Source: the human T2T-CHM13v2.0 reference genome, Homo sapiens. Taken from it: 64,000 bases of DNA. The stretch lies in assembly GCF_009914755.1 (NCBI RefSeq), contig NC_060927.1, one strand, 5' to 3'. The position numbers and the translations under genes are program-made. This document shows positions 13,560-26,025 of the stretch, one piece after another; the stretch's first letter is position 1; each line of letters begins with the position of its first letter. The notes under the pieces are model-generated. The model worked only from the letters and a program-made list of their open reading frames with translations, was not told where the DNA came from and did no database searches.

Positions 13560-14580
13560 TTTTTAAATTTTAATGGATTTTTGTTGTGTATATTCAAGGT
13601 GTACAACATGATGCCTCAATGTATATATACTTAGTTCAAATGATTACTACAGTCAAGAAAACCAACATAACCATCATCTCACATAGTTAGTTTTCTTTTT
13701 TGTGCGTGGTAAGAGTACCTAAAATCTATTCCCTGAGCAGATCTCCAGTACGCGATGTTATTAGCTATAGTCCCCATGTTGTACATTAGATCTCTAGATT
13801 TACTTATCATACATAACTGCAACTTTGTACCTTTGACCTACAACTCCCCATCTCCCTGCATCTCCCTGACCCCCCAAACTACAGTTCTACTCTCTGTTTC
13901 TGTGTATTTGATTTTTAGTTTAAGATTGCACATATATGCAAGATTACGTAGTATTTTTCCTTCTGTGTCTGGCTTATTTCACTTAGCAGAATGTCCTCTA
14001 GATTCAGCCATGCTGTTGTAAATGGAGGATCATCTTCTTTTTTAAGGCTGAATAATACTCCATTGCATATATATACCATAGTTTATTTATCCAATCATCT
14101 ATTGATGGACATGTAGGTTGTTTCCATATCCTGGCTATTGTGAATAATGCTGCATGGAGTGCAGATATCTCTTCAACATACTGATTTCATTTCCTTTGGA
14201 GAAATACCCAGTAATGGGATTGCTAGATCATAGGATATTTCTATTTTTAATTTTTGATGAACCTCCATATTGTTTTCTATAATGGCTGTACTAGTTTACA
14301 TTCCCACCAACGGGGTGCAAGGGTTCTCTTATACTTCACATCCTCACCAACACTTCTTATCTCTTGTATTTTTGATAGTAGCCATTCTAACAGGTGTGAG
14401 CTGATATCTCACTGTGGTTTTGATTTGCATTTCTCTGATGTTTAGTGATGTTAATAAGCATTCTTTCATATATGTGTGGGCCACTTTTATATCTCCTTGG
14501 GAGATATGTCTATTCAAGCCCTCTGCCCATTTTTCAAGTTGGGTTATTTGTATTTTTGCTATTGAGCTGAATGAGTTCTG
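13560..14580 (-). mobile_element. L1MA (5-9 type) 3' end with ORF2 C-terminal remnant
   Basis: ORF 14344-14691(-) contains [11 protein letters not shown]...[23 protein letters not shown]...KCW, the L1 ORF2 C-terminus, followed by L1MA 3'UTR. Confidence 0.92.
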
Positions 14581-14870
14581 AAACACTATTCTTAATACCT
14601 TAATTAAACCATGGATGAACACACAGGGGAATCTCAGTAAGACTAAAAGAACTTCTTTAAGCTTATATAAACCTAAGATTCTGCAGGTCAATTAGGGAGT
14701 AACTGGCAAAGCAACAGATGCCTCATCAAATGAATTAAGTTGCCGGCCGCCGGACCACAAATGACTGTTAAAGCATCAGGCTGTCGTGACAATGGGAGCG
14801 GGGAAGAGTTAAGTTGTTATTGGTTTGCTCGTCATTTCAGAGAATCACACATAGTCAATGAATTACACAC

Positions 14871-14871
<1 letters not shown>

Positions 14872-14909
<38 letters not shown>
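14872..14909. repeat. (CA)n microsatellite
   Basis: Direct reading. Confidence 0.97.
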
Positions 14910-14910
<1 letters not shown>

Positions 14911-15520
14911 ACTGTACTGTAAAAATTCAGTGTCCAGGTATTTGTAAGGAGACTGCTCGACAATTTCCATTGACTGCATCCATTAATAAAACTCAGAAGA
15001 TGGCATTATTGTTCACCTCACCAGTCCATTTTGTCAGAGAAGACACAGGCTAAGATACATCAAGAAGCCTTTTTAAGAAACACCAGGTCCCCTGATGCTT
15101 AGGTTTAGTAGTGGGCACTCAAATATTAAAAGCAACCCACTAGATATGGAACCTGGAGTATTAATACAATATTTCATACATTTAAAAGTACTTTTGTTAG
15201 AGAAGACACAAAGGATCACCAATTATTCAGAATCGGTAACGAAACTCATCCATACCAAATCCAAGAAGAGCTTTTTGTGAGTCAGAAGAAAGCAAATTAT
15301 GAATGTTTTAAGCCATTTTCCTAATGAGTATGATAGCTGGCATTCTTGGTAGTTCTCTTGATTTTGAGAGTACATTATGCTGATGGCATCAAAGACTAGC
15401 CACTAATGAGTATGTACAAACAATATAAAAATTAAACTACTGGATTTACAATGTAAAATGATTTGTCATAGAAATCCTGTATGGATTTTCTATTATAAAA
15501 TCTTAAGACTTAATTTCTTC

Positions 15521-16249
15521 ATATCCCTATGGGTTTTTTCCAGGCGCTCCGGCTTCCTCCCACATCCCAAAGATGTGCATGTTAGGTAAACAGCCATGTC
15601 TACATTGTCCCAGTCTGAGCGAGTGTGAGTGTATGTGTGAGAGTACTCCTGCAATGGAATGACATCCTGTCTAGGGCTGGCGCCTGCCTTGCATCCTGAG
15701 CTGCTGGGACAGACTCCGGCCACCCCAGACACTGAACTGGAATAAGCGAGTTGGAAAATGAATGAAGGAATGAATACAAATAATTGTAAAATAAAAATGT
15801 GTACCACAATGTACCACAATAAACAATGTGGGATGAAAGCACTTGGCGAGCCCACCAAATTTGTTATTGGTTTTGAACTTCGTGGTGGGAGTAAGTGCTC
15901 CTTACGAGTTTCACTTTGCAAACATTTATTCCTTGATTTAACCCGCCACCACTACAACCACCATCACTCGCTGTTTTACCAAAAACTGGGTAAGTCATCA
16001 TCTTATTTGTTGTTATTAATCTTTCTTAACTGTATGTATAGCTCACATTTATTTCCATGTTTAGTATTAGAAATGTTTTGGTCTTTATCGAGAAGTTTGG
16101 TAATGTTTTTGTGACCAGAAATATGCCATAGGAATTTAACTCTTGATTTTCTCAATTAGCCTATGGTAAAATTGGTTTCATTACACACTGTTTCATATAC
16201 AGTTGCAGTTTCCAAGAACCTATTAACAATGTTAAGTGAGGACTTACTA
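15521..16249 (+). mobile_element. MER6 (TcMar-Tigger) DNA transposon, 5'-truncated
   Basis: ctccggcttcctcccacatcccaaagatgtgcatgttagg...gaaaatgaatgaa... ending gttaagtgaggacttact (terminal repeat). Confidence 0.85.
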
Positions 16250-16579
16250 TGCAGATGTAAACAGTTCCAAAAACAATGCTGTTGCAGCCAAGCTCTTAGA
16301 GAAAACATATAAGAAAAATAATGCATCTTTACAAGGCACTTTTGAGGAGTCTCAGTTTCAACTAAGAGTATGATTGCTCTGATACCTTCTCATGGGCCTC
16401 ACAAATTCAAGGAAGAGAAAAAGAGAAAGAAAGAGAGAGAGACAAAAAGGAGATATAGGGAGGCTTTCTTTATCCACACCGTCTAAGGATGAGTCCCCCT
16501 CCCTCATCCATACAATTCTCTCTCCTGCTCTTTCTCTTTCCCCCCACTCTGTCTCTCTCTCTGTCTGTTGCCATTTTTT

Positions 16580-16580
16580 C

Positions 16581-16648
<68 letters not shown>
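16580..16648. repeat. Compound (CT)n(CA)n microsatellite
   Basis: Direct reading. Confidence 0.95.
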
Positions 16649-16656
16649 CTCTCTAC

Positions 16657-16970
16657 CAGCGCTGTCCAAGACAGTAGCCACATGTGGCTATTGAGCACTC
16701 AAAATGTGGCCAGTCTGAATGAATGTGGTATAAGTATAAAATGTTCAACCAATTTCAAAGATTTAGCATGAAAAAGAGAATGTAAAATATCTAAGTAAGA
16801 AGTTTTTTATATTAATAACACTGAAATGACAATACTTTGGATATATTAAGATTAAATAAAATATATTAATATTAATTTCATGTGTTTCTTTTTACCTTTT
16901 AAAAATGTGACTTTTAAAAAGTTTAAACTTACATATGTGGCTCAAAGTATATTTCCATTGGACAGCTCTG
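16657..16970. mobile_element. MER33-like hAT-Charlie element
   Basis: Terminal repeats cagcgctgtccaa / ttggacagctctg; agccacatgtggctattgagcac. Confidence 0.85.
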
Positions 16971-17417
16971 TTCTATATCATTAATTACCAATCATTTGTT
17001 TCACAGCATCTATCACAACTTTTAATTCTACAAATTGTTCATTGAAGTTTTTTTTTTTTTCCCTGTCTTGCCTATTAAATAATTTCCACTGGGCCAGAAC
17101 CCATGCTGGGTTTATTTGCCAACAAGGTGGCCAAACCAAGAGTGCCTGGAGAAGGCTCATTAGCAGCTGTCATTAAATGAAGAAATTCTCCTCTGATAAG
17201 GCCACAGTCCACATCAGGACTGCAGTAGCACTCTCTCCGTCAAAGAAAGTCCAATGCAAACTGCTACCTGCAGTCACTCTGGTGGATGGTGAACTCTGGG
17301 GTCCCCATATTCCCTGGGCCCTAAAGCAGATTAGCCACAAGACCAAGATGAAAGAACCATAATGAGTCCTGGAAAAGAGTCAGCCAGTGTAAAGCTCAGA
17401 GGAAACCTAGAAACCTT

Positions 17418-17548
17418 TAAAAAAAAAAAAACTGTGGTAAAATATGCCTAACATCAAATTTATTATTCTAACAATTTTAGGTACCGTTAGGGAAATTCAC
17501 ATTGTCGTGCAACCATCACCACCATCTATCTCCAGGAAATCTTCATCG
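17418..17548 (-). mobile_element. L1MB 3' fragment
   Basis: tgtggtaaaatatgcctaacatcaaatttatt...ttcacattgtcgtgcaaccatcaccaccatc. Confidence 0.7.
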
Positions 17549-19139
17549 GCCTCATCTCTCGGTCCACGTCCAACAAGCAGAAGGGACACCTCACTTTCAG
17601 GTCACCAACTATCCTTCTCTGTCTCTGCTAGTGTGAGCAGGAGTTACAAAAGCAACAGGAAGAAAAAAGCTGCTGAGTTGGGATAATTCAAAAACATGCC
17701 ACTGGGAAAATCAAAGGTTGATATGACAACAAAAGCAAAGGAAGAATGTAAAAATTTCACTTTGTAAAGATGGCCAAATAATAATAGGACAAAGACCATG
17801 GTTGTATACAAGACAGTGACTGGAAATCTCAACTCCAAACAGCAGAAAATGGAAAACAAGAGATTTCCCAAAAAGTGCGGTACCCGAGGGTATGAGCACA
17901 CTTGAGTTTGGCATCTACACAGGAAACGAGGTCATTTCTTTTTCTCCTGAGTTATTATCATCAAGGTCTCGACTCTGTAACAAAATTTCACACTGGTTTA
18001 TCAATAAAGTCTTAGGTGAATTTTCAAAAGCTTCTGAATATAGTAATATAAAATGACAAACTATGGAAACTATTGGAAATCATAAAGACCACGTGTAAGA
18101 CTAGTTTCAAGAGGCTTATGACAGAATAAATTCCACACTCTGGGGGCTTGGCACAACTTCTATCCACAAAAGAAGACCACTCATTTGTTCAAAGGCACCA
18201 CCCCAAGACACACCAGCAAATTCCTATCAGTGGATTCTCCTTTTCCTCACTGTAGTGTAGACACACCATATATTCAGCAGTGCAGCCACAAAACCATTCA
18301 CTAAGTCTACATAAAGTTCTATGCATTGTAAATGCATTTTAACAAATAATATTCCTCTGTCTTATGACATCACAAAAGATTCAACAAAACTCAGTCAAAT
18401 GAGAACAGGACCAGACAGCTCTTGTTCTCTAAAACAGGCTTCCACAGCTGCATTTTCAGCTTTGCATGAAGGATTACCGCCTTCTTGCATAAACTCCCAA
18501 ATTGGTGCATGGAAATAGAAAATCATACACACGAGTTGAGCAGCTCCGGCTCCATTAACCAATTTGCATGCAAAATCGACATCAGCACTCTCTGGTCTAT
18601 TTTTTGCCTATGTAAGAGATGGCATTTAGGATGCCTTGGGATTCTGCTTTTCAGAGGCATTTTGGTTCCCACTAAAGAAAACGGGGTCCCTAATGGTGTT
18701 TGGGGGCACATGCACATGTCCCTCCCAGCTGCCTTCTCAGGCATTCCAGTGAAAAAGAGAAAAGTTTGAGAATGAGATCAAGTAAACAATTAGGTGAGAG
18801 CCAATGGTCAGGGGGATGTTCTTCAGACTAATACAACGAAGCAATCAGGTGAAAATCATTTCTAATTACACCCAGAAGAAAAATACGATCTATCCACCGT
18901 TGGCACAAGAAGGGAAAGATGGATTTTTAATCAGGCAAAGGAATGTACTTTCTGGACTTGCCAGTGATCACTTACTGAGATGGACCATGGAGAAGTCTGG
19001 CCTTTGAGGTTACGCATGAGGATCTGATAGGCATTTGTGTGCTTATAAGGAATCTTTAGATTTTCTCTAATGTATTATTTCTTCCCTCTCTTCCTCTCTC
19101 CTTCTTTTCTCTCTTTTTTCTTTTCTTCCTCCCTTCCAT

Positions 19140-19439
19140 CCAGGGAGCCACCAGCCACATGTGGCTATCGAGCATCTGAAATGTGGCCAGTGTGACTGAG
19201 ATGTGCCCAAAGTATAAATAAATACACACAGGATTTCAAAGACTTGGTAAAAAAAAAAAAAGTCTCCCAATAATAATTTTTTATTGATTCCATATTGAAA
19301 TGATAAATTGTCTAAGATATTGGATTAAATAAAATATATCATGAAAATTAACTTGCCTGTTTTTATTTTTTAATGTGGTTACTAGAAAATTTTTCAATGG
19401 CATTCACAAGTCATATTGTATTTCTATTGGACTGCTCTG
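19140..19439. mobile_element. MER33-like hAT-Charlie element
   Basis: agccacatgtggctatcgagcatctgaaatgtggccag...atttctattggactgctctg. Confidence 0.85.
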
Positions 19440-20429
19440 TCCTAGAACCTTTTGTTTTAAACAGATGCATTTTCTTACAGTCCAAAAAAAAACATGATCC
19501 CTTGTTGACTTTTATGGAGGTGCCAATTTAATTCCTTTTTCAACATTCTTTAGCTACAGCTATGAGTTGAGGTCACTTCTTTTTCCCAAAATAAATCCAT
19601 AACACCAAGGAATGGGGACAAGCTGTCACAACCCTTACAATGTGGGATCAAAAGAGTAACCTTCCTTGAAGCACATTAAATTTTTTTTCTTAACTAACTG
19701 TCGCTATTCCAAATTGGAGGAAAAAAAGTACAACTTTTTACTGCCTTCATGTTTGATGGTTTGCTCCCTGTGTCCCTTAAATGCCTGCTCTTCAAGAATC
19801 TCTAGTAACACAATCACACTGCTTCTAAAATGTTTACCTCTCAGGAGCCACTGCGTTCCCGACCTTCTTCTGCCCCATTGGCAGGCCCCAAACATCCTCC
19901 TGAGTCACAAGTCTCACCCCATGCGGGGATTACAGGCTGCGACTCACTGCTCTAGCAAAACTAGAAATAACTGCTGGAGGCAAGCAGCCAGCCGGCATCC
20001 CACAGAGATTATTCATAGCAGAAATATCAATAGACAGTAGGCCCTCCAGTTGGTTGTGTTGAGTCCCTGGAAATGCTTTGTACTGAATTTTCCAGATGAT
20101 TTATGTTATGCTCCAGAAAGGCAACATCTCCCTCACACACTTAATAAATGCATCCGTGTGGTATTAATGTTTCAACTTAACATAGTTTTCCCCTTCCTGT
20201 ACTTTCTGGTCTGGTTCCTTGGGGAGTGGAGTGGGAAGGCTTCATGATATCTGAAATCCCCACAAATTCATACGAAATGAGTAGGATTATTACTTTGTTT
20301 TAACCAGAGTGCATTTTATCTTAGTTCTAAATTATGCAGATCCTATTAGGCAAATAAAGAACAGAAATCTGGAATTGAATTATAGGAGAGAAAGCTGATT
20401 ATTCATCAAATCTGGCTCAGGCAGATGGG

Positions 20430-20680
20430 TGGTGTATTGGCTCCAGTTCCTAATCTGGACCAGATTACCTGGGTTCAAATTTCAGTGCCATCCCTTACTA
20501 GCCATATGACTTTGGGTGAATTACGAATGCTTATGGGCCTCAATTTTTGTCTACAGAGGATAAAAATAACACCTTTCTCATCAGGCTGCTATGAAGATTG
20601 AGATAATGCACATAAAGTCCTAGAACTGCACCTGGAACTGGTAACTCCTCCATACACGGGAGCTGCTAAAATCATTGTTG
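20430..20680 (+). mobile_element. MIR SINE
   Basis: ctgggttcaaat...cttactagccatatgactttgggt...ataatgcacataaagt. Confidence 0.8.
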
Positions 20681-21929
20681 TTATCACCATTATGCATAAC
20701 CCTAATCACTTCACACATTGTTACTAACGTGACAGACTGTCATGTCCACGAGTTGATCCTTAAGTCTCGGAACCACTCCAGCTCTGCATCAATATTCTTC
20801 AGCTTTCACAACTGACTTTGATTTCTCAGTCATTTCTGAATGTGAGCCAAAAATGGTCTAGAACATCAAGACTCAGAAAAATCAACGAGACAAAAGCCAT
20901 GCTGACAGACTGCTGCCTCTGACTTGCACTGAACTCCACTACAGGCTGCTGAAGTACTTATGGAAAGGGATGTGAGGAGGAAGGGGCAGGGCGTGTCTGC
21001 AATGGAACTGCAGAAGCCTAGAGAGCTGGTTCTAGAAAATGGCCCCATCTCTAGAAGTGACCAGGAAGCAGCAGGAGGAGGGCTGCAGGAGGCCCCAGGG
21101 AGGCGCAGCAGGGGAAAGAGGTGGAATTGCGGCAGGAATACATTAAGGACATAGCACACAAAGCAAAGGCAGAAGACATGTCACCCCCATCCTGACCACT
21201 CTCCATGCCTGTCTTAAATCCATCCCAATTTGTAAAATTAAATGTGCAAACAGAAAATATTTCTCTGAAAGAGTCATAAAATGTCAGCTTCTCCACTTTC
21301 CTTCCTAACCCACAATTTTTAATTTCCTCTACTAACTGCCAGAACAAGGGCTCATATCTTAAATTCTCCTCCCACCTCAGGCCTGCCTTGCTTGCAGCTC
21401 TGTCTGGGAGCATTTCAGGCAAAACATTTAAAATGAAAAAATAAGCCCCAAATGTCTATCCTTAGCTATGGCATAGAAAGGGGAGGCTGAAGAGATAGTG
21501 TCTGGCCACATCCAGGCGCACAGAGGTGGTGGCCTCAGAGAAGGAAGGCAGGTAGGATAAGAGCCTGAGGCCCGTCCAAGGGCTCTCTCCCACTGCACCA
21601 TGATGCTGCATGACCTGAAGTCCACCAGCATCCTGTTCAGGTTAACATGTCTCCCATGTCTATGCTCCCTCAGGTGGCTTCCACAGGCAAATTAGCTTCA
21701 TCAAACAACACTAGGTCTTGGCCTGTCTCTACCTCCTGTCTCTAACTGCTCCTGAGGCAGGACAGGCACCCCAAACCAGGATTAAAACAATAAGTTTAAC
21801 AAATGCTATAAAACTAATCTAGTGTCTGTTCCACAACCTTCAGAGAAGGTGTTATTTTGCCTTCTCTTACCTTTTCATCAGACCCTGTTCTCAAGTCTCT
21901 TTCTTTCTTTTTTTTTTCCATCATAAGAA

Positions 21930-22380
21930 AACAAAGCCAAAGAGATGGCTGGGAGATGAGGGAGAGGGATGGCAAAGACAGCTCCTAGGTCTCTGGTTTG
22001 CATGGACCTGAACAGATAGTGGTGACTTTCACCACTTGGTTTTGGTCCTGTTGACTACAGAGGGCCTCTGTGATATCCCAGAGGAAACATTAGTCAGGCC
22101 ATTAATATAGGATCTTCAGCTCAAACGGAGAACTCTGGACTGGGGATAGAAAACGGAGGCTCACGTACCTGTGCATAAATGCTCACTAAGGTCAGGGGCT
22201 TGGATAAACTCTCATTATGAGAAAACATGCAGACAGAAGATCAGGTCTCCAGCCAAGAATTACCAAACTCTCAATAGTTAGTGGCTGAGCGCAGATGGGC
22301 AGATCTGCAAAGGAGGCAGAGGAGCAGCCCGAGAGACAAGAAGCAAAGCAGAAGAGTGCTGTCCTAGAAGTCAAGGGAAG
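21930..22380 (-). mobile_element. L2 fragment
   Basis: Purine-rich L2-like motifs (ctcctaggtctctggtttg; gtgctgtcctagaagtcaagggaag). Confidence 0.55.
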
Positions 22381-22658
22381 ACGGAACAGCAGAACGTCTC
22401 ATCAGTGACCTCCTCTTACCCACCACGTCAGATCCCCCAAAGCCTTCATTCCTTCCAGGACACATGGTAGATGCCCCTGCATGCTGGACACGAAGTCTAA
22501 TAGGGCACTCTCCAGTACACCCATGACTTTCTGCTTCATTAGCTGGCTTGTAGGCTAACCAACAGCTGGCTAGGTGTAGTCTCAAACCTGTTTATGCCAG
22601 TTGCACTGGTTATAATGAATAAGCCTAATCAAATATTATATGAATACAAACTAAAATA

Positions 22659-23343
22659 GAGTGGTCCCCTCTTCTCCACAGGGGATATGCCTGAAACCAC
22701 AGATAGTAAAGAACCCAATTGCTGCCAATCAGAGCACATTTCTCTTCGTGTCTTCCACCTAAAAATTTAATGCCTTTTTCATCTTCACTAAGCACATGTC
22801 ATGCACTGTGGCCATAACTTTTGCAGCCTGAGGTGTGACAGCAAAACTACTAGCGTGATTTTTTTTTCCTTCCTCACAATTTCATAGATGGAAGATTCAT
22901 TCTTACCGTAGATCTTAGCAACTTCAGCATATGAGTTTTCTTCTTTCTCACTTAAAGGAAGCTCTTTACAGCTTCATTTTGGCATATCCGAATTGCCAGC
23001 ATCACTAGCTTTGTGCTTTGGGGCCACTGTTGAGTAAAATAAGGGTGACTTGAACACAAGCAGTTCTATCCCAAGACAGTGGAACTGATCACTGAGTGGC
23101 CACTAAGTGAGTAATGGGTGGGTATATTATGGACAGCATGGATGCACAGGACAAATAGATGATCCACGTCCTGGGCGGAATAGAGCAGGATGGCACGAGA
23201 TTTCACCATGCTACTCAGAATAGTGAGTAATTGAAAACTTATGCATTATTTCTAGAATTTTTCATTTCATATTTTGGAAACACGGTTGACTATAGGTAAC
23301 CAAAACCACAGAAAATGAAACCAAGGATAAGGGGGAACTACTG
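22659..23343. mobile_element. MER44/Tigger7-type DNA transposon with transposase N-terminal remnant on the - strand
   Basis: TA TSDs (22657-58, 23344-45); terminal inverted repeats gagtggtcccctcttctcc / ggataagggggaactactg; - strand frame APKHKASDAGNSDMPK*...SYAEVAKIYGKNESSIYEIVRKEK (pogo/CENP-B-like HTH). Confidence 0.88.
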
Positions 23344-24129
23344 TACAAACAGTGAATGAGAGTTATTCATAAGAAGCCAAAGATTCTAAAGAAAACTAAA
23401 AAAAAAATAATAGCTGTCAAGGTAGATGAAGGTAAGGATATAATAGAAGGCGAAGGGAAAAGTAATTTTAAAATGTGCGGGGTTACATTCAGATACCTTT
23501 GTAAACATCTAAAGTCTCCCTCCATCTTCACAATGTTGATTGAAATGCTTAGCTACTGTATCATGGGTTTATGCCAAAAGATGACGCAGAGCTAGTCAGC
23601 AGAAACACTGTCAAAGACCACAGCTCTGCACCTAATGATGGGCAGATGAACGTTTGTTTTCAATGAATTCACTGTGAAAACACAATCAGTTTTGTGTTTT
23701 AAGCTAAAATAAAATGTTTACAATATATACCTTTTAAAAAATAATTCCCTGTTCCAACCAACCTTTTTGATTTACTGACCAATTATGGTCTCAACTGTGA
23801 CAGTGAAGGAGTGGTCAGTGTTGCCAGGCCCTTCAGTAAGATGAGGAATGGAAGACATCCACTGGATTTAGAGATCACTGGGAGTGGAGAAATGCAACCA
23901 AGTCAGGCCGAAGACAGTCAACTGTTATGTGACAATATCACAAGCCGTTCTTCCCTATCAAGTTCTTTTGCACTTAGTGTTTTAGAATTTAAATGCTGCT
24001 TTTTAATCTCCTTTTTTGAGCAAATGGTTTCAATGTATTTTACAGCAGAAAAAGCCCTTAAAAATGAGAATGAGGATGATGATGATGATGATAGAAGTAT
24101 TATGGAAATAATATGAACAACAGTAACAA

Positions 24130-24520
24130 TGATAGCTACCTTCCATTGGACATATATTGTCCACCAGACATTGTTTTATATGCTTTACAAGCATCCTTGC
24201 TTAATTCTCAATCTCTCAGCTATGTACTATTATTATCTCCATTTTAAAGATGAGAAAACTCTGGACCAGAGAAGTTGAGTAAATTTCCCAAGCCTGCAGA
24301 GCCACTAAGGGTTGAACCTGACATTCAAACCCACGCATTCAGAGCCTATGCTCTTAACCTCTACACTATGAATTCTCCCTAATTAACTAAGCTAATGTTC
24401 TCATTCTATAGATCATAAAATGATGTCCAGAGGGATTAAACAATTGGCTAAAGAGACATAGCAGTACCAGGACTATAGAAGACACCCTCAGATCCCAATC
24501 CTATGCTTTTTCTACTATAC
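24130..24520 (-). mobile_element. Two adjacent MIR fragments
   Basis: tattatctccattttaaagatgagaaaact...attcaaaccc; cattctatagat...gagggattaaacaattggc. Confidence 0.75.
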
Positions 24521-25032
24521 CACAGTAGTGCAGCAAGTGAATGTAGCAAGATCAGAACAAAATGACTCTTAAAAACCAACAAACGACACCTCCTTGCTTC
24601 TGCACAGTTGTGTGCCTCCAAGATGTTCCTTGCTTAAGGACTTGTTTAAGTTCCATCAATAGTCAGCTTCTTGGGCTCAGGTTTTCTTTGAAAGGTTGAT
24701 TACAGCGAAGAAAAACAAAGCCTTTTAAAAATGTAATGTTTATTTCCTCAGTGAATTTAGTGGTATAATTGTAATTGGAAAAAAATAAAGCATGAACGTA
24801 TGTAACGTATTTACTGCTATGGGAGTCTACAATGGAAGAACCAGAAAAATAAGAATAGTTACACAGTGGTTACAAATATCAAGCATAAACCAGACATGCT
24901 TAATTTCAGGGTATGATACAAGAAAATAAATGAAGCAAATATTTAAAGCAAATTCAACTTTCCAATTTTAATTTTAAAAGTGTTATTCAAAGACATTTAT
25001 AAAGAGAGAGTGATATAATTAAGGCAAGCAAA

Positions 25033-25065
25033 ATGCAAATAATGCAAATAATGCAAAATGCAAAT
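25033..25065 (+). promoter_or_regulatory. Tandem octamer (POU-factor) motif array, candidate enhancer core
   Basis: ATGCAAAT at 25033, 25042 and 25058; ATGCAAAA at 25051. Confidence 0.45.
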
Positions 25066-25789
25066 AACATGTTATTGACCTTCTCCGTATCCCAGGACTT
25101 CCTTCCCACAGTGCAGAAATGGAAGGCAGAAGACAAAAGTCAAAGCCAGGGGTGAACAGGGCATGATGCCAGACCTCTACAAGGAGTATGAGCTCCACCA
25201 GATCTGAGCTTCCCTAGATGACAAGGCTGCCACTGTAACCAGGTCTCCTTAGTCACCTTCTGCTCTCCTAATGAGAGTCATTTCCATAGATTTTAATAGT
25301 TTCTATCACAATGATGATTTTCTAAAAACCCACTCTTATATATCTTTACAGGGTCAAAATTTAATAGGAATTGCCAAATTGCCCCACATTGGTCTTATCA
25401 ATTCACAGTCCATCTATGGAGTGAGACCATGCCGTGCTGACTTCTCAGCAAAGTGGCAGCTGGTGAGCACACCTGCATCAGGATCATCTAGGGGTGGGAA
25501 GAGTGTGTTTACATTAGGAATGCAGGTCCCAGGCTATCCCCAGATCTACTAAATCAGACCTGCATTTCAATAACCAGGGCCATTGACTTGTTTGCTCACT
25601 CAAGTCTGAGGAGATTGTGTGAGAGGCTGCCTGGAGCCACGTCTGGAGAAAGACTGTGAAGCCAAGGGTGAGCTCACTGGGAAACAGTTCCCAATCAATT
25701 CATAATGCCTGCATGGTGGCAGGAATGGGGGAATTGGGTAGATGGATACATAAGACACAAATCTCTCCTTTCTCCTCTCCTCCTCATTC

Positions 25790-26025
25790 CCTAACTGCTT
25801 AGAGAATTCCTACTCATCCTTCACAACTCTTTCTAGAAGAGACTTCTTCAACCTATACACCAAGGCCTCCCTCCTTGTGTCAAGGCACCATCTAGCACTC
25901 ACCATCACAGTTTTCTGGCGTGTCTCCCAGGGAAGGCAGGGACTTTGTCTTGTTCATTTTCTTCTCCTCACAACTAGCTTTTTGCCTAGTCCATAACTAG
26001 AATTCAATAAATCCTTAGCAAATGA
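25790..26025 (+). mobile_element. L2 3' fragment
   Basis: aattcctactcatccttca...ggaaggcagggactttgtcttgttca...ttcaataaat. Confidence 0.7.

Noticed and set aside
14344-14691. ORF with L1 ORF2 similarity as a functional gene
   Set aside because: Short degraded C-terminal remnant of a truncated L1MA.
16358-16771. Cluster of overlapping low-complexity ORFs
   Set aside because: Translation of (CT)n/(CA)n/(GA)n repeats.
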